IMG/VR virus record: IMGVR_UViG_3300020048_000062
Coordinates: 34,938-98,937 of that record
Source of the DNA: a virus
Direction: 5' to 3' (one strand)
DNA: 64,000 bases
The position numbers and the translations under genes are program-made. Numbering within the stretch: the stretch's first letter is position 1; each line of letters begins with the position of its first letter. Shown here piece by piece: positions 10,026 to 19,587 of the stretch. The notes below the pieces were generated by a model. The model had not been told where the DNA came from. It did no database searches and was given only the letters and a program-made list of their open reading frames with translations.

Positions 10026-12815
10026 ATGGCAGATTTTGTATTCACCTCACCGGGTGTAAAATTTAAAGAACGTGACCTTACATTCGTAACACGTAATGTG
10101 GGCATAACAACATTGGGTCTTGTTGGCGAAACCCTTAAAGGTCCTGCCTTCGAACCTGTTTTTGTACAAGACAAAACTGAGTATGCTAATAGGTTTGGTG
10201 GACAAAGTGTTAAAAGATTTACAGATGGAAATCTTCAATATCAATTACCTTATGTGGCAAACTCATACTTAGAAGAATCAAACCAATTATGGGTAACCAG
10301 AGTATTGGGACTAAGCGGATTTGACGCTGGTAAAGCATGGGCAGTTACATTAAGTGCTGGCGCAGACCCTGCAACTATAGTACAAGGTGCAACAACAACT
10401 GGATTAGTAGCTACGTTTACTGACAACACTTATTTAGGTGTTACATTAAACGGTCTTGGCGACACAGGAGTAAGTTTCTCTGGTTTCACAAAAACTGGTG
10501 TAACAAGTTTCAGAGGCATATCTCATTCATTCGTAGTTACTGCTTATAACAGTACATACGGTAGTGGTACAACAAGTGGAAACTCAACAGTATTCACAGC
10601 CGTTGAATATTCTGCATATTCAAATATGGTACTTGGTATAATCAGAAGTAGAGCATATACACAGGATGTTGTGAATGCAGCACCAGTAAATGTAGTTAAA
10701 ACAACTGCTCTTGCAATATCGGGAAATACTACTTTGGGTGGCATTGGCGATTTATTTGGAACATTTAAGTTAGTTGCTACAAGTGGTGTGACTAAAGCAA
10801 TTTATGTCACTTCATTGAATCCAGATGCATCTAGTTTCTTACCAAATGTAATTGGATTCGAACCTAACGATAAGACAACTATGGTTTGGGTTGAAGCAAC
10901 ATATCCAGACCTCATTAAAAAACTTGACGGTGGTGGCGATGCTGTACCAAGTGGATTTACATCATTTGGTTTACCAGCAGTTTTACCTTATGCATATGGT
11001 GTCAATGATAATTTAATTGAGTGTGATTCAGCATTCTTCACTAATTATAAAACACAATTTAAAACTCCTGAGACTCCTTGGGTAGTATCACAAGTTAAAG
11101 GTAATTCAGTAAGCAGATTATTTAAATTTATCAGTATTTCTGATGGTAATGCAGCAAATCAAGAAATTAAGATTAGCATTCAGAACATTAACCCTATTAC
11201 ACTTGAATTTGACATTATTGTTCGTAACTTCTATGATACTGATGACAATGTAAGTGTACTAGAATCATTCACAAGATGCGGTTTACTTAAAGGTAATAAT
11301 AACTACGTTGGACAGCGTATTGGTACAACTGATGGTGAATATGACCTACAAAGCAAATATATTATGATTGAGGTAGCTTCCGATATCACTGTGGGTGATT
11401 TTCCTGCTGGTTTCGAAGGTTATTTATTCAACAACTATGCTATGTCAGCCACAACTGGTACATATTCAGGTACTGCTCCAAAAATCTATTACAAAACGAA
11501 GTATAATGAAGACGAAAGAATTAAAAAAATATATTTAGGTGTTTCTGAAAATGCATACGATGCAGCTACAGTTGTCGGTACTGGTATTAATCAAAATTTC
11601 TTCAATTTTAATGGACAGGTTGCCACTGGTAGCCACGTTAAGACAAATGGTTTTCACATGGATATTGATGCATCTGGTGTAACTTCAAATGGTTATTCAT
11701 TTGATTGTGGTGATGGTACATTCCAAACAATTGGCGATGTTCAAGACCCATTAAATCCATATTACCTATTAGCATCCAGAAAATTCACATTTGCACCTTC
11801 TGGTGGTTTTGACGGATGGAATGTATATAGGTTTGTACGTTCATATGGTGATGATTATCGTCAAAACGGAATCTACGATGGTGTTGTTCCGAATTCAATT
11901 CCAACGAATGACTTCCAAGCATGGGAAACCGCAATTCAAACATATTCAAATCCAGAAGAAGTAACAATTAACTTATTTGCTACCCCTGCAATCAACTGGT
12001 CAAATCAAAATATTTTGATTCAAAATACAATTGAAATGATTGAACAGCAAAGAACTGATACACTATATGTAATCGATTCACCCGATGTATCTATTGACAT
12101 AACAGTAGGTGATAATGGTAAGGCTGATGTTGTAGCAACACAAGATATTGCAGATTTACTAGATACAGCAGATATTGATTCAAGTTATGCTACTACTTAT
12201 TTCCCTTGGATTCAAATGAGAGATACACAGAATAATGTTAATGTTTATATTCCACCAACAGGAGAGGTAGTGAGAGCAATGGCATATACTGACAACACTT
12301 CATTTCCTTGGTTCGCACCAGCAGGTCTTAACCGTGGTGTAACGAACGCAAGAAAATCTAAGTATAAACTATCACTTGAAGCAAGAGACGTGCTCTACGC
12401 TGGTAGAATCAATCCTGTGGCTGATTTTGCCGACACAGGAACAGCTATCTTTGGACAGAAGACATTACAAGTTAAAGAATCTGCACTTAATAGAATTAAT
12501 GTACGTAGATTATTATTACAAGTAAAGGTTCTTATTGCCAACATTGCAGTTAGACTTTTATTTGAACAAAACGACCAAGCTACTATTGACCAGTTCTTAT
12601 CTAAAGTAACTCCAATTCTCGATACAATTAAACGTGAAAGAGGTTTATTGGATTTCAGAATTAAAATGGATGATAGTAACAACACAACTGAAACTCGTGA
12701 TAGAAATGAACTTTACGGTGAAATCTACTTGAAACCAACACGTGCATTAGAATTTATTGGAATCACATTCACAATTACTCCTTCTGGCGCATCATTTAAT
12801 GACGTTGGAGCATAA
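10026..12815 (+). CDS. Contractile tail sheath protein
   Basis: N-terminal SPGV...E.D, GETLKGPAFEP; C-terminal PWFAPAG..RG, LY..RINP, FGQKTLQ, LNRINVRRL, FEQND, KPTRALEFI. Confidence 0.95.
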   Translation: MADFVFTSPGVKFKERDLTFVTRNVGITTLGLVGETLKGPAFEPVFVQDKTEYANRFGGQSVKRFTDGNLQYQLPYVANSYLEESNQLWVTRVLGLSGFDAGKAWAVTLSAGADPATIVQGATTTGLVATFTDNTYLGVTLNGLGDTGVSFSGFTKTGVTSFRGISHSFVVTAYNSTYGSGTTSGNSTVFTAVEYSAYSNMVLGIIRSRAYTQDVVNAAPVNVVKTTALAISGNTTLGGIGDLFGTFKLVATSGVTKAIYVTSLNPDASSFLPNVIGFEPNDKTTMVWVEATYPDLIKKLDGGGDAVPSGFTSFGLPAVLPYAYGVNDNLIECDSAFFTNYKTQFKTPETPWVVSQVKGNSVSRLFKFISISDGNAANQEIKISIQNINPITLEFDIIVRNFYDTDDNVSVLESFTRCGLLKGNNNYVGQRIGTTDGEYDLQSKYIMIEVASDITVGDFPAGFEGYLFNNYAMSATTGTYSGTAPKIYYKTKYNEDERIKKIYLGVSENAYDAATVVGTGINQNFFNFNGQVATGSHVKTNGFHMDIDASGVTSNGYSFDCGDGTFQTIGDVQDPLNPYYLLASRKFTFAPSGGFDGWNVYRFVRSYGDDYRQNGIYDGVVPNSIPTNDFQAWETAIQTYSNPEEVTINLFATPAINWSNQNILIQNTIEMIEQQRTDTLYVIDSPDVSIDITVGDNGKADVVATQDIADLLDTADIDSSYATTYFPWIQMRDTQNNVNVYIPPTGEVVRAMAYTDNTSFPWFAPAGLNRGVTNARKSKYKLSLEARDVLYAGRINPVADFADTGTAIFGQKTLQVKESALNRINVRRLLLQVKVLIANIAVRLLFEQNDQATIDQFLSKVTPILDTIKRERGLLDFRIKMDDSNNTTETRDRNELYGEIYLKPTRALEFIGITFTITPSGASFNDVGA

Positions 12816-12824
12816 CATTAAGAG

Positions 12825-12858
12825 GGAGACCTATTATCGTAATAGGTCTCCATTTCTT
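12825..12858 (+). terminator. Intrinsic terminator-like hairpin after the sheath gene
   Basis: ggagacctatta-tcg-taataggtctcc followed by atttctt. Confidence 0.6.
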
Positions 12859-12893
12859 CAATTAAATAATATTATTACATTAATATAAACATC

Positions 12894-13208
12894 ATGGCAA
12901 AAAATAAAACCATCGAATCAAAAAAAAATAACGAAGAACTTGAGATCGTACCCGAAGTTGAATCAACTGTTGAGTCCATTGAAGAAATTATTGAAGTTCA
13001 AGAAGAGGCAATCGAACCAGAGGTAATCGAACCAACAATCGAACCAACAATCGAACCAGAGGTAATCGAACCAACAATCGAACCAGAGGTGATCGAACCT
13101 ATTCTTGAAAAAGAAACAGAATTTCCAGCAGTGGAAGAAGTAATTGAACCAGAAAATAAACCATTAACGTATTTCCAATTGAAGAACTTTAGGAGAAACG
13201 GCAGATAA
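12894..13208 (+). CDS. Acidic low-complexity protein with IEPEV/IEPT repeats
   Basis: 104-aa ORF with tandem atcgaacca-based repeats. Confidence 0.6.
   Translation: MAKNKTIESKKNNEELEIVPEVESTVESIEEIIEVQEEAIEPEVIEPTIEPTIEPEVIEPTIEPEVIEPILEKETEFPAVEEVIEPENKPLTYFQLKNFRRNGR
13011..13100 (+). repeat. Coding tandem repeat (12/15-bp units)
   Basis: atcgaaccagaggta and atcgaaccaaca units, seven IEP copies. Confidence 0.85.
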
Positions 13209-13285
13209 TTCACAAAGTTTTTTAAATGTGAGTATTTATCAGAAAACATAAAAAATAATTATCACAAAATAAACAATTTAACAAA

Positions 13286-13777
13286 ATGGCAGGAGAAATG
13301 ATTAGGGGTATCCCTTTTGAATACGAACCAAAAAGAGTAAATAGATTCTTTGCGGAATTTGCAGATGAATTAGGTATTGAAGTATGGAAGGTACAAAAGT
13401 TCAAAAGACCTTCAATGAAGATTAATTCAGTTCCAATACCTTATATGAATGAACAGAATTATGTTGCAGGTAGATACACTTGGGATACAATGTCTTTGAC
13501 ATTTCTCGACCCAATCGGTCCTTCGACATCACAGCAGTTAATGGAGTGGGTTCGTCTTCATGCTGAATCACTTACAGGACGTATGGGATATGCTGCTGGC
13601 TATAAGAAAAACATCTACTTGAAGGCGTTAGACCCAACAGGTATTGAAGTTGAAAAATGGTTTTTGGAACAATGTATGATTACATCAATTGACTTTGGTG
13701 ATAATGATTACGGAAATGATGAATTAACTAACATAACACTTGAGGTTCAGCCGTGGCGCTGCATACTCAACAACTAA
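13286..13777 (+). CDS. Tail tube protein (T4 gp19-like)
   Basis: 163 aa after the sheath; YEPKR.NRF, YVAGR.TW, DPI.PS....MEW, GYKK; GTATTTAT at 13232-13239. Confidence 0.88.
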   Translation: MAGEMIRGIPFEYEPKRVNRFFAEFADELGIEVWKVQKFKRPSMKINSVPIPYMNEQNYVAGRYTWDTMSLTFLDPIGPSTSQQLMEWVRLHAESLTGRMGYAAGYKKNIYLKALDPTGIEVEKWFLEQCMITSIDFGDNDYGNDELTNITLEVQPWRCILNN

Positions 13778-13802
13778 TCAAGTAGTTACGAATAAAAGAA
13801 TT

Positions 13803-13844
13803 AAAATGGATGACAAGTATTTATATTTGTTATCCATTTTTTTT
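13803..13844 (+). promoter_or_regulatory. Terminator-like hairpin with GTATTTAT at its apex, directly before the endonuclease ATG
   Basis: aaaatggatgacaagta / tatttgttatccatttt plus T-run; motif at 13817-13824. Confidence 0.6.
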
Positions 13845-14471
13845 ATGAAAACAGGAATATATAAAATAGAAAATAAAATCAATAATAAAGTATATATCGG
13901 AAGTGCCACTGATATTAAAAAAAGATGGCGTGACCACAGATGGTATTTAATTCACAATAAACATCATAATTCACACTTACAGTCATCGTGGATAAAATAT
14001 GGTATAGAATCATTTGAATTTTCAGTAATTTTAGAGTGTGAAATCGATGATTTATTAATTAAGGAATTAGAGCAAATATTAATACATAATTCATTTAACA
14101 ATAAATTAGGATATAATGTTAATGACCCCGAACATACCTTTTTAAATAGAAAACACAGTGAAGAAACAAAACAGTTACTATCACAACTGAAATTAGGTGA
14201 AAAGAATCCAATGTTTGGAAAACGTGGAGATAAGCATCCGAAGTTTAATAAAGAAGTATCTATTGAAAGTAGAAATAAAATGTCTTTGAGTCACATTGGA
14301 ATACCTACAAACAGAAGAACACATACAAAATTAACTGAAAACGATGTAATTAATATTCGCAAGATGTATCATGAAGATAAAATTTCACAACCAAACATTG
14401 CTTCTACCTTTAATGTATCTTATACTACTATAAATAAAATAATTAAAAATAAAATGTGGTTAACCGTATAA
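13845..14471 (+). CDS. Free-standing GIY-YIG homing endonuclease (NUMOD3 and C-terminal HTH)
   Basis: MKTGIYKI...KVYIGSA...RW..H, GYN, RKHSEETK, GEKNPMFGK; start reassigned to the ATG at 13845. Confidence 0.9.
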   Translation: MKTGIYKIENKINNKVYIGSATDIKKRWRDHRWYLIHNKHHNSHLQSSWIKYGIESFEFSVILECEIDDLLIKELEQILIHNSFNNKLGYNVNDPEHTFLNRKHSEETKQLLSQLKLGEKNPMFGKRGDKHPKFNKEVSIESRNKMSLSHIGIPTNRRTHTKLTENDVINIRKMYHEDKISQPNIASTFNVSYTTINKIIKNKMWLTV

Positions 14472-14477
14472 TACAAT

Positions 14478-15275
14478 TTAAGCAGCTTTGACTTCTTCTA
14501 ATCTATTGTTTATTATTACGTTTGCATAATATTTTCTTTCTTTTGTTTCAATAATTTTATAATTATCATTATTATGTGACAGCCATACTAAATATGATTT
14601 ACCAAGTTTAATCGATGTGTTTCTTTCAATAATTTCTTTATATAGTTGAAGTTGTAGCGAATATATTTCCAAGTCACAATCTTGTAGCATATATAATTCT
14701 TCTGAAAGATATCTTTCACCTTCTTCGAAAGAAAATTCTTTATTTGTTTTCCAATCCCAAATCTGATATTCCTGTGCTTTTACATTCCAAAATATAATAT
14801 CACACATGCCTGCGATAAGTGCTTCCTTATCGTACATCACAAATTCGGTCTTTATTGGAATTAATCTACCCCTAACATCATCATAGAATTTATCAACATG
14901 CTTTTTCGTAACATCATATTCTATTTTAATTGGGTCAAAGCCGAATTCATCTAAAATTAATTTCTTGGGGTATTCAAATACTTTATTCTGAAACTTTCTT
15001 TCAGCATAATCATGGATTATTGAACCCTTCATCGTGCCTTTCTTATTTATGAATCTCCATGCACGCTTAACTTCCATTTGACTTACATTACCATAGTTAG
15101 CAGATTTACGTGCTGACCACAATTCTTCATCAAAATCTTCTTGATATCTATGAATCAATGTGGTAACAGATATCAATGGCTTACCGTCAACATAATATTT
15201 ATGTGGCTCGTCATAGTAAGTCACATCGTCAAATGCAGTGAATAATTCATGTGGTATTGGAACGTCAAATGTCAT
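14478..15275 (-). CDS. PD-(D/E)XK family (exo)nuclease
   Basis: H.Y...SVTTLI, G..IH, E.....IAGMCD...IWDWKT, YSLQLQLY. Confidence 0.85.
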   Translation of the reverse strand: MTFDVPIPHELFTAFDDVTYYDEPHKYYVDGKPLISVTTLIHRYQEDFDEELWSARKSANYGNVSQMEVKRAWRFINKKGTMKGSIIHDYAERKFQNKVFEYPKKLILDEFGFDPIKIEYDVTKKHVDKFYDDVRGRLIPIKTEFVMYDKEALIAGMCDIIFWNVKAQEYQIWDWKTNKEFSFEEGERYLSEELYMLQDCDLEIYSLQLQLYKEIIERNTSIKLGKSYLVWLSHNNDNYKIIETKERKYYANVIINNRLEEVKAA

Positions 15276-15282
15276 AATACTG

Positions 15283-15312
15283 CAAAGATAATGACATTTT
15301 AATTAATAACAA
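15283..15312 (-). promoter_or_regulatory. Bacteroidota-type promoter
   Basis: Minus strand TTG-N19-TATCTTTG, 7 nt upstream of the nuclease ATG. Confidence 0.65.
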
Positions 15313-16192
15313 TATTTTTATTGTAGATTGCAGTAAAATCTAATTTTTCTAAGTCGGAAATGATTGCATTTTTATCTGCTGCAAGTCCTGAATATCCATG
15401 AACATGAGCAATTATAGCATTTCGCATTATATTCAATGCTTCCGCAATAACATCGCCCCTTCCAATTGGGTGTCCTTCTGCAAACATTTTATCCCTATCC
15501 TTTTGTTCAACACGTGCAGCTTTAAATTGTGGATTTCCACTGTGTGCAATCAATGCTATTTTATCGGATGTGATTATAGTACTACTTTGAAATACGTTTG
15601 ATGTTGTTGATTGTTCATAAACAAGACTAATCTCAGCAGGGTTTTTCGTGTTAAGTTTTAATATGTTGTCGTTTTCATGTTTACCTGCACGAATATGTAC
15701 TTCATTTAGTTTTAAGATAACATCAGTGTTCACTTTACCTATAATTGCAACATCAGTTACCGTTGGGAATACACCTTGTGCATCGGGAAGACTTGAGGGT
15801 GCTGGTTCAGGCGTTGAAAATCCTAAATTAGTAGTTGAAAGTGCTGTGAAGACAGAATCAAAACCAATTTTCTGTGGCTGTGATATTATACTGCCCTGCC
15901 AGAATCTCGCTCTTTCAGGATATTTCATATTTTCAATGAAAATTCTTACAATTTCACCAACTTGAGGTATTACATGAAAGAATTTAGGTAGATTTGGATA
16001 TGCCCAAGGTAAATCATCGTTCGAACTTCTATTATCGAGACCTTGTATTCTTACTTTGATTCTTCCACCATCTGTAGGGTCATCAATAGAAACCACTTCA
16101 CCATAATATATTGTTCTGGTGAGTTCTACAGTACCGTTATCTCTTTGATAGGTACTATTACTTGATGTCTGCAAATATGGTTTTTCGTACAT
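15299..16192 (-). CDS. Baseplate central spike protein (gp5/gpV OB-fold)
   Basis: GEVVSIDDP..GGRIKVRI...LPWA...PQVGE.V; HVH near the C-terminus. Confidence 0.8.
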   Translation of the reverse strand: MYEKPYLQTSSNSTYQRDNGTVELTRTIYYGEVVSIDDPTDGGRIKVRIQGLDNRSSNDDLPWAYPNLPKFFHVIPQVGEIVRIFIENMKYPERARFWQGSIISQPQKIGFDSVFTALSTTNLGFSTPEPAPSSLPDAQGVFPTVTDVAIIGKVNTDVILKLNEVHIRAGKHENDNILKLNTKNPAEISLVYEQSTTSNVFQSSTIITSDKIALIAHSGNPQFKAARVEQKDRDKMFAEGHPIGRGDVIAEALNIMRNAIIAHVHGYSGLAADKNAIISDLEKLDFTAIYNKNIVIN

Positions 16193-16398
16193 TATCTCTT
16201 ATCCATTTCTTCAATTAATGCAATGTAATTTTTTTCGAGTTGGTCAATAACTTTAAGCTTTTCATTTATTATTTGTTCGAGATTATCTATCTCATGAGTA
16301 TAATAAATAACTTCGAGTCTTAACGATTCATGTTTAACATTATTATCGTTAACCAATTTTAGTAATTCTGTTGGGGTATATTGTGCTAAATCTTCCAT
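16192..16398 (-). CDS. Small coiled-coil hypothetical protein
   Basis: 68 aa, stop/start overlaps on both sides. Confidence 0.65.
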   Translation of the reverse strand: MEDLAQYTPTELLKLVNDNNVKHESLRLEVIYYTHEIDNLEQIINEKLKVIDQLEKNYIALIEEMDKR

Positions 16399-16808
16399 TA
16401 TTGTATAACTCCATATCCTTTAGAAAAAATGATTGTTGAACCGAAAACTGACACAGGTCCTGTAGGCGAAATACCTGCTGCTGTGAGAGTTATCCCCGGG
16501 GGTATTGCTACCGTGATGATGGCTTCTGTCTGTAACGCCTTAACAATTTCCTCAATTCTTATTCGTTCCATTAGTTCATCTGGACTAACTGTTCCAGATG
16601 GTAAAACACCGACACTTAGTCCAGCTTCTGATTTTCTTGCAATAATACGTGACGCAATTTTTATTGGTGACAATCCTGTACGCTGTGGCACACCTACTAA
16701 AATTAGCGGTGTAGGAACAGGGGGCGGACCGCCTATAGATGAGAGACTTAACACTCTATCAAACCCTTCAATTATTGAATCAATACTACTAAAATCAATT
16801 GCCGACAT
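16398..16808 (-). CDS. Hypothetical protein, probably baseplate-associated
   Basis: 136 aa, translationally coupled in the spike operon. Confidence 0.6.
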   Translation of the reverse strand: MSAIDFSSIDSIIEGFDRVLSLSSIGGPPPVPTPLILVGVPQRTGLSPIKIASRIIARKSEAGLSVGVLPSGTVSPDELMERIRIEEIVKALQTEAIITVAIPPGITLTAAGISPTGPVSVFGSTIIFSKGYGVIQ

Positions 16809-16872
16809 TTTTTTTTTATTTTAACTATTTTTTAATCTTTAATGTTTATATATTTCAGTTCAATACAATATT

Positions 16873-18201
16873 TTAGGGTGATATTGCTGCCAATACTTTA
16901 CTGCCAGCAGTTAAGCTTTTAATTATTTGAAGGAATTGATTAATCTTCTCCTTTAATATTTTCTTAATTACAGGTGTTAATAATTTAATCATATATCCAA
17001 CCGCAAGAAGAAATATGTATTCGGCAATCATCATTAAAATTTCCTTTACCATACAATGAATGAAAACTTTAAACTGTTTCATATACTCGGTTGCTGCCTG
17101 ACTTACCACAACACCATTATCTTGAAATGCTTTCATCATTGTGAGCAACATTTTAATTTGTGGCTGTTGTGTTCCAGCATATAGCATTTGTGTTGTAAAT
17201 ATTTTTATGAGCTTTTGAAAGAACCCATCTTTTATCGTTTCTATGTTCTCTGACGTAGTTTCAGTATTACCTGTAGTACTTTCACCAATTGTGCTTTCAA
17301 TTGCATTACCAACGAGGAATGTGTCTGTAGAGCCAGATATTAATATGTTGAGATTGTTCAAAGAAGTAAATGAGAGTGATGCTGGCATGAGACCACAACC
17401 TAAATCATAATTTACGATACCTTGTGATAATTCTAATGCATTTCTTTGTAATTCTTCATAATCTCTTGGTAAGATAGTCATCGAGTCATCACCATTCGTA
17501 ATTTGCTCCAATACTTTCTGAACTTCGAGTTCCTGTAGGATTTCTGCCTGAGTTTTTTTACTCTTAGCTTTCAAAGTTCCATAGATTGTATCCATGACGT
17601 TTGCAACTACTTCATTTGAATCCAATAGTTGCGTTTTATCAATGAAATTCGTAAAGTAATCACCAATATTAGTAACACCACTTGGTTTAAAGTTAAATGA
17701 ATCTGTTGCATCATTATATATGACGTTCAGATTTAAGCCACCAAATGATACTGGCGTATTTTCCAAGCGAATTGCATCGTGAAATAGTTTATCTATATCA
17801 AATTTCTTCTGATATAAAAGGCTACCAACATCTGACGTTGGGTCAGTCTTAAATTTTCCAGCAACATCAATATCTTTAACTTTAACATCAAGACCATTAG
17901 TAGTAAACCCAGTTGGAAGTAAATCACCAGAATTTGATTGAACAAATTGTTTTTTCAATACTTCTTTCATTTTAGTTTCACCACTGGCAACTAATTTAGT
18001 AATCATACCGCCAACCAACTCCTTCAATTTGTCGCTACCAGCGACATTTTTTAATGTATCAAGTAAAAATGGAACAACATCCTTCTTATTGTTAATAGAA
18101 GGAAAAACATCAGTTGGATTGAATGGCTTATTCTGCTCCATAAATGAAGTATACGAACCAATCGTAGTAAAAACCTTTCTTTTGTCGTCTTTTAAACTCA
18201 T
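16873..18201 (-). CDS. Putative virion structural protein
   Basis: 442 aa in a late-motif operon; five [ST]GxT motifs. Confidence 0.6.
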   Translation of the reverse strand: MSLKDDKRKVFTTIGSYTSFMEQNKPFNPTDVFPSINNKKDVVPFLLDTLKNVAGSDKLKELVGGMITKLVASGETKMKEVLKKQFVQSNSGDLLPTGFTTNGLDVKVKDIDVAGKFKTDPTSDVGSLLYQKKFDIDKLFHDAIRLENTPVSFGGLNLNVIYNDATDSFNFKPSGVTNIGDYFTNFIDKTQLLDSNEVVANVMDTIYGTLKAKSKKTQAEILQELEVQKVLEQITNGDDSMTILPRDYEELQRNALELSQGIVNYDLGCGLMPASLSFTSLNNLNILISGSTDTFLVGNAIESTIGESTTGNTETTSENIETIKDGFFQKLIKIFTTQMLYAGTQQPQIKMLLTMMKAFQDNGVVVSQAATEYMKQFKVFIHCMVKEILMMIAEYIFLLAVGYMIKLLTPVIKKILKEKINQFLQIIKSLTAGSKVLAAISP

Positions 18202-18605
18202 TATTTACCTTGTCTTTCTCTTTCTTTACGATCTACTTCATCCTTAACAATGTTGAGTAATTCATTTCTTTGTTCGGCAGTAATATCACCAGACTCAGCT
18301 ACTTTTCCACTGTCACTACCATTACCATTACTTGAACTACCACCATTTTTTTCATAAATAACTTCCTTTAAGTATTTTAGAAGCATTATCTTCTGATCTT
18401 GATTCTTAGCTTCGGCAGCTATAAGTTTTACGATTTGGTCACCAAGCGCAGCAATTTCACCACCCTCTTTTACTTTGGCTTCCCATTTAGTAAAGAGTCT
18501 GGTAATTTTAGCTTTAACGTTATGTGAATCATCATAAATTTCTTGAAGTAGTTTATTTAAACTGTCTTCATTAAATTCTAATTTTTTTCTTGAGGGTCTT
18601 GGCAT
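18201..18605 (-). CDS. Hypothetical helical protein
   Basis: 134 aa, first gene after GTATTTAT at 18627-18634 (minus). Confidence 0.65.
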   Translation of the reverse strand: MPRPSRKKLEFNEDSLNKLLQEIYDDSHNVKAKITRLFTKWEAKVKEGGEIAALGDQIVKLIAAEAKNQDQKIMLLKYLKEVIYEKNGGSSSNGNGSDSGKVAESGDITAEQRNELLNIVKDEVDRKERERQGK

Positions 18606-18639
18606 CGGTTTATAGTTTTAGTACACATAAATACGCATT

Positions 18640-18678
18640 AATTGGGAACATGATAATTTTCTTATCATGTTCCCAATT
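18640..18678. repeat. Perfect 17-bp inverted repeat
   Basis: aattgggaacatgataa-ttttc-ttatcatgttcccaatt. Confidence 0.9.
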
Positions 18679-18681
18679 GTA

Positions 18682-19560
18682 CTAATCTTCGTAGAAGTCT
18701 ACTTTCTCAAAGAAGTATATCTCCTTAAACGGCTTTATCGCAATTCGTATTTCCTTTGTTGAAAGATTTGTCTGTTCTTTTAAAAATAACAGTATTTTAT
18801 TCTTTGCAAACTTGTTTGTCACTCTTTTATTGAACTTTCCATCGGGACTATCTTCCATAAACAATATGTGCCAATTTTTTAACACATTTATAATAGCATC
18901 ACCAACAACAATTTCATTTTTCTTCATTGAAGTATCACCATCGATTTTTGTTTCGATTTTGGCAATGACATTGTTAATTAGTTTTTCAAGCTGATGTTGT
19001 GTTTCCAATTCCAATTCATAGCTATAATCAATATTTTCATTAATTTCGTCAGCATAATCATCAAATGACAGGTTTATCTTTTTTTCACTATAACTTTTTC
19101 TACCATGGTCTTTATAGTAATTTCTAATAATTGTTTGACAATAACTAAATGCTTTTGAAATGAATATTCTATACTCGTAACCATCACACTCTTTTATTAT
19201 TGACTGTAGTTTTTCTTCTGCATCTTCAACATAAATAAATCTATATCCATCACCCAACTTAACCCATTTATCAACACCACCACCCATACGTTCAATAATG
19301 AATGGTCTGTACTTAATCATATGCTCAATTAAGTGTGTCAACGCATTTGATTCAACTTCTTCCATATCATAGTTTCCTATATATATGGGATATCGTCTTA
19401 ATATGGTTTCCTTCATTTTTCGAAAGGGTTCGATTAAAATCTGATTATAAATTTTATTCTTTTCTTCGAGTGAATTTGATAGAATATAATCTAAAACTGC
19501 CTGCTCTTCCCTTTCTGCAAAATATGGTGTACAACTTTCACTTTCTTTTTCTTTCATCAA
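18682..19560 (-). CDS. Putative phage RNA polymerase sigma factor (late, gp55-like)
   Basis: YF...E.AV..Y, region-2-like IEHMIKYRP...KAFSYCQTIIRNY, C-terminal HTH-like LKEQTNLSTKEIR. Confidence 0.55.
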   Translation of the reverse strand: MMKEKESESCTPYFAEREEQAVLDYILSNSLEEKNKIYNQILIEPFRKMKETILRRYPIYIGNYDMEEVESNALTHLIEHMIKYRPFIIERMGGGVDKWVKLGDGYRFIYVEDAEEKLQSIIKECDGYEYRIFISKAFSYCQTIIRNYYKDHGRKSYSEKKINLSFDDYADEINENIDYSYELELETQHQLEKLINNVIAKIETKIDGDTSMKKNEIVVGDAIINVLKNWHILFMEDSPDGKFNKRVTNKFAKNKILLFLKEQTNLSTKEIRIAIKPFKEIYFFEKVDFYED

Positions 19561-19587
19561 TTATAAATTCAACTTATAAGATTATTT

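Noticed and set aside
14478-15275. Cas4 assignment for the nuclease
   Set aside because: It lacks the four-cysteine Fe-S pattern; called a generic PD-(D/E)XK nuclease
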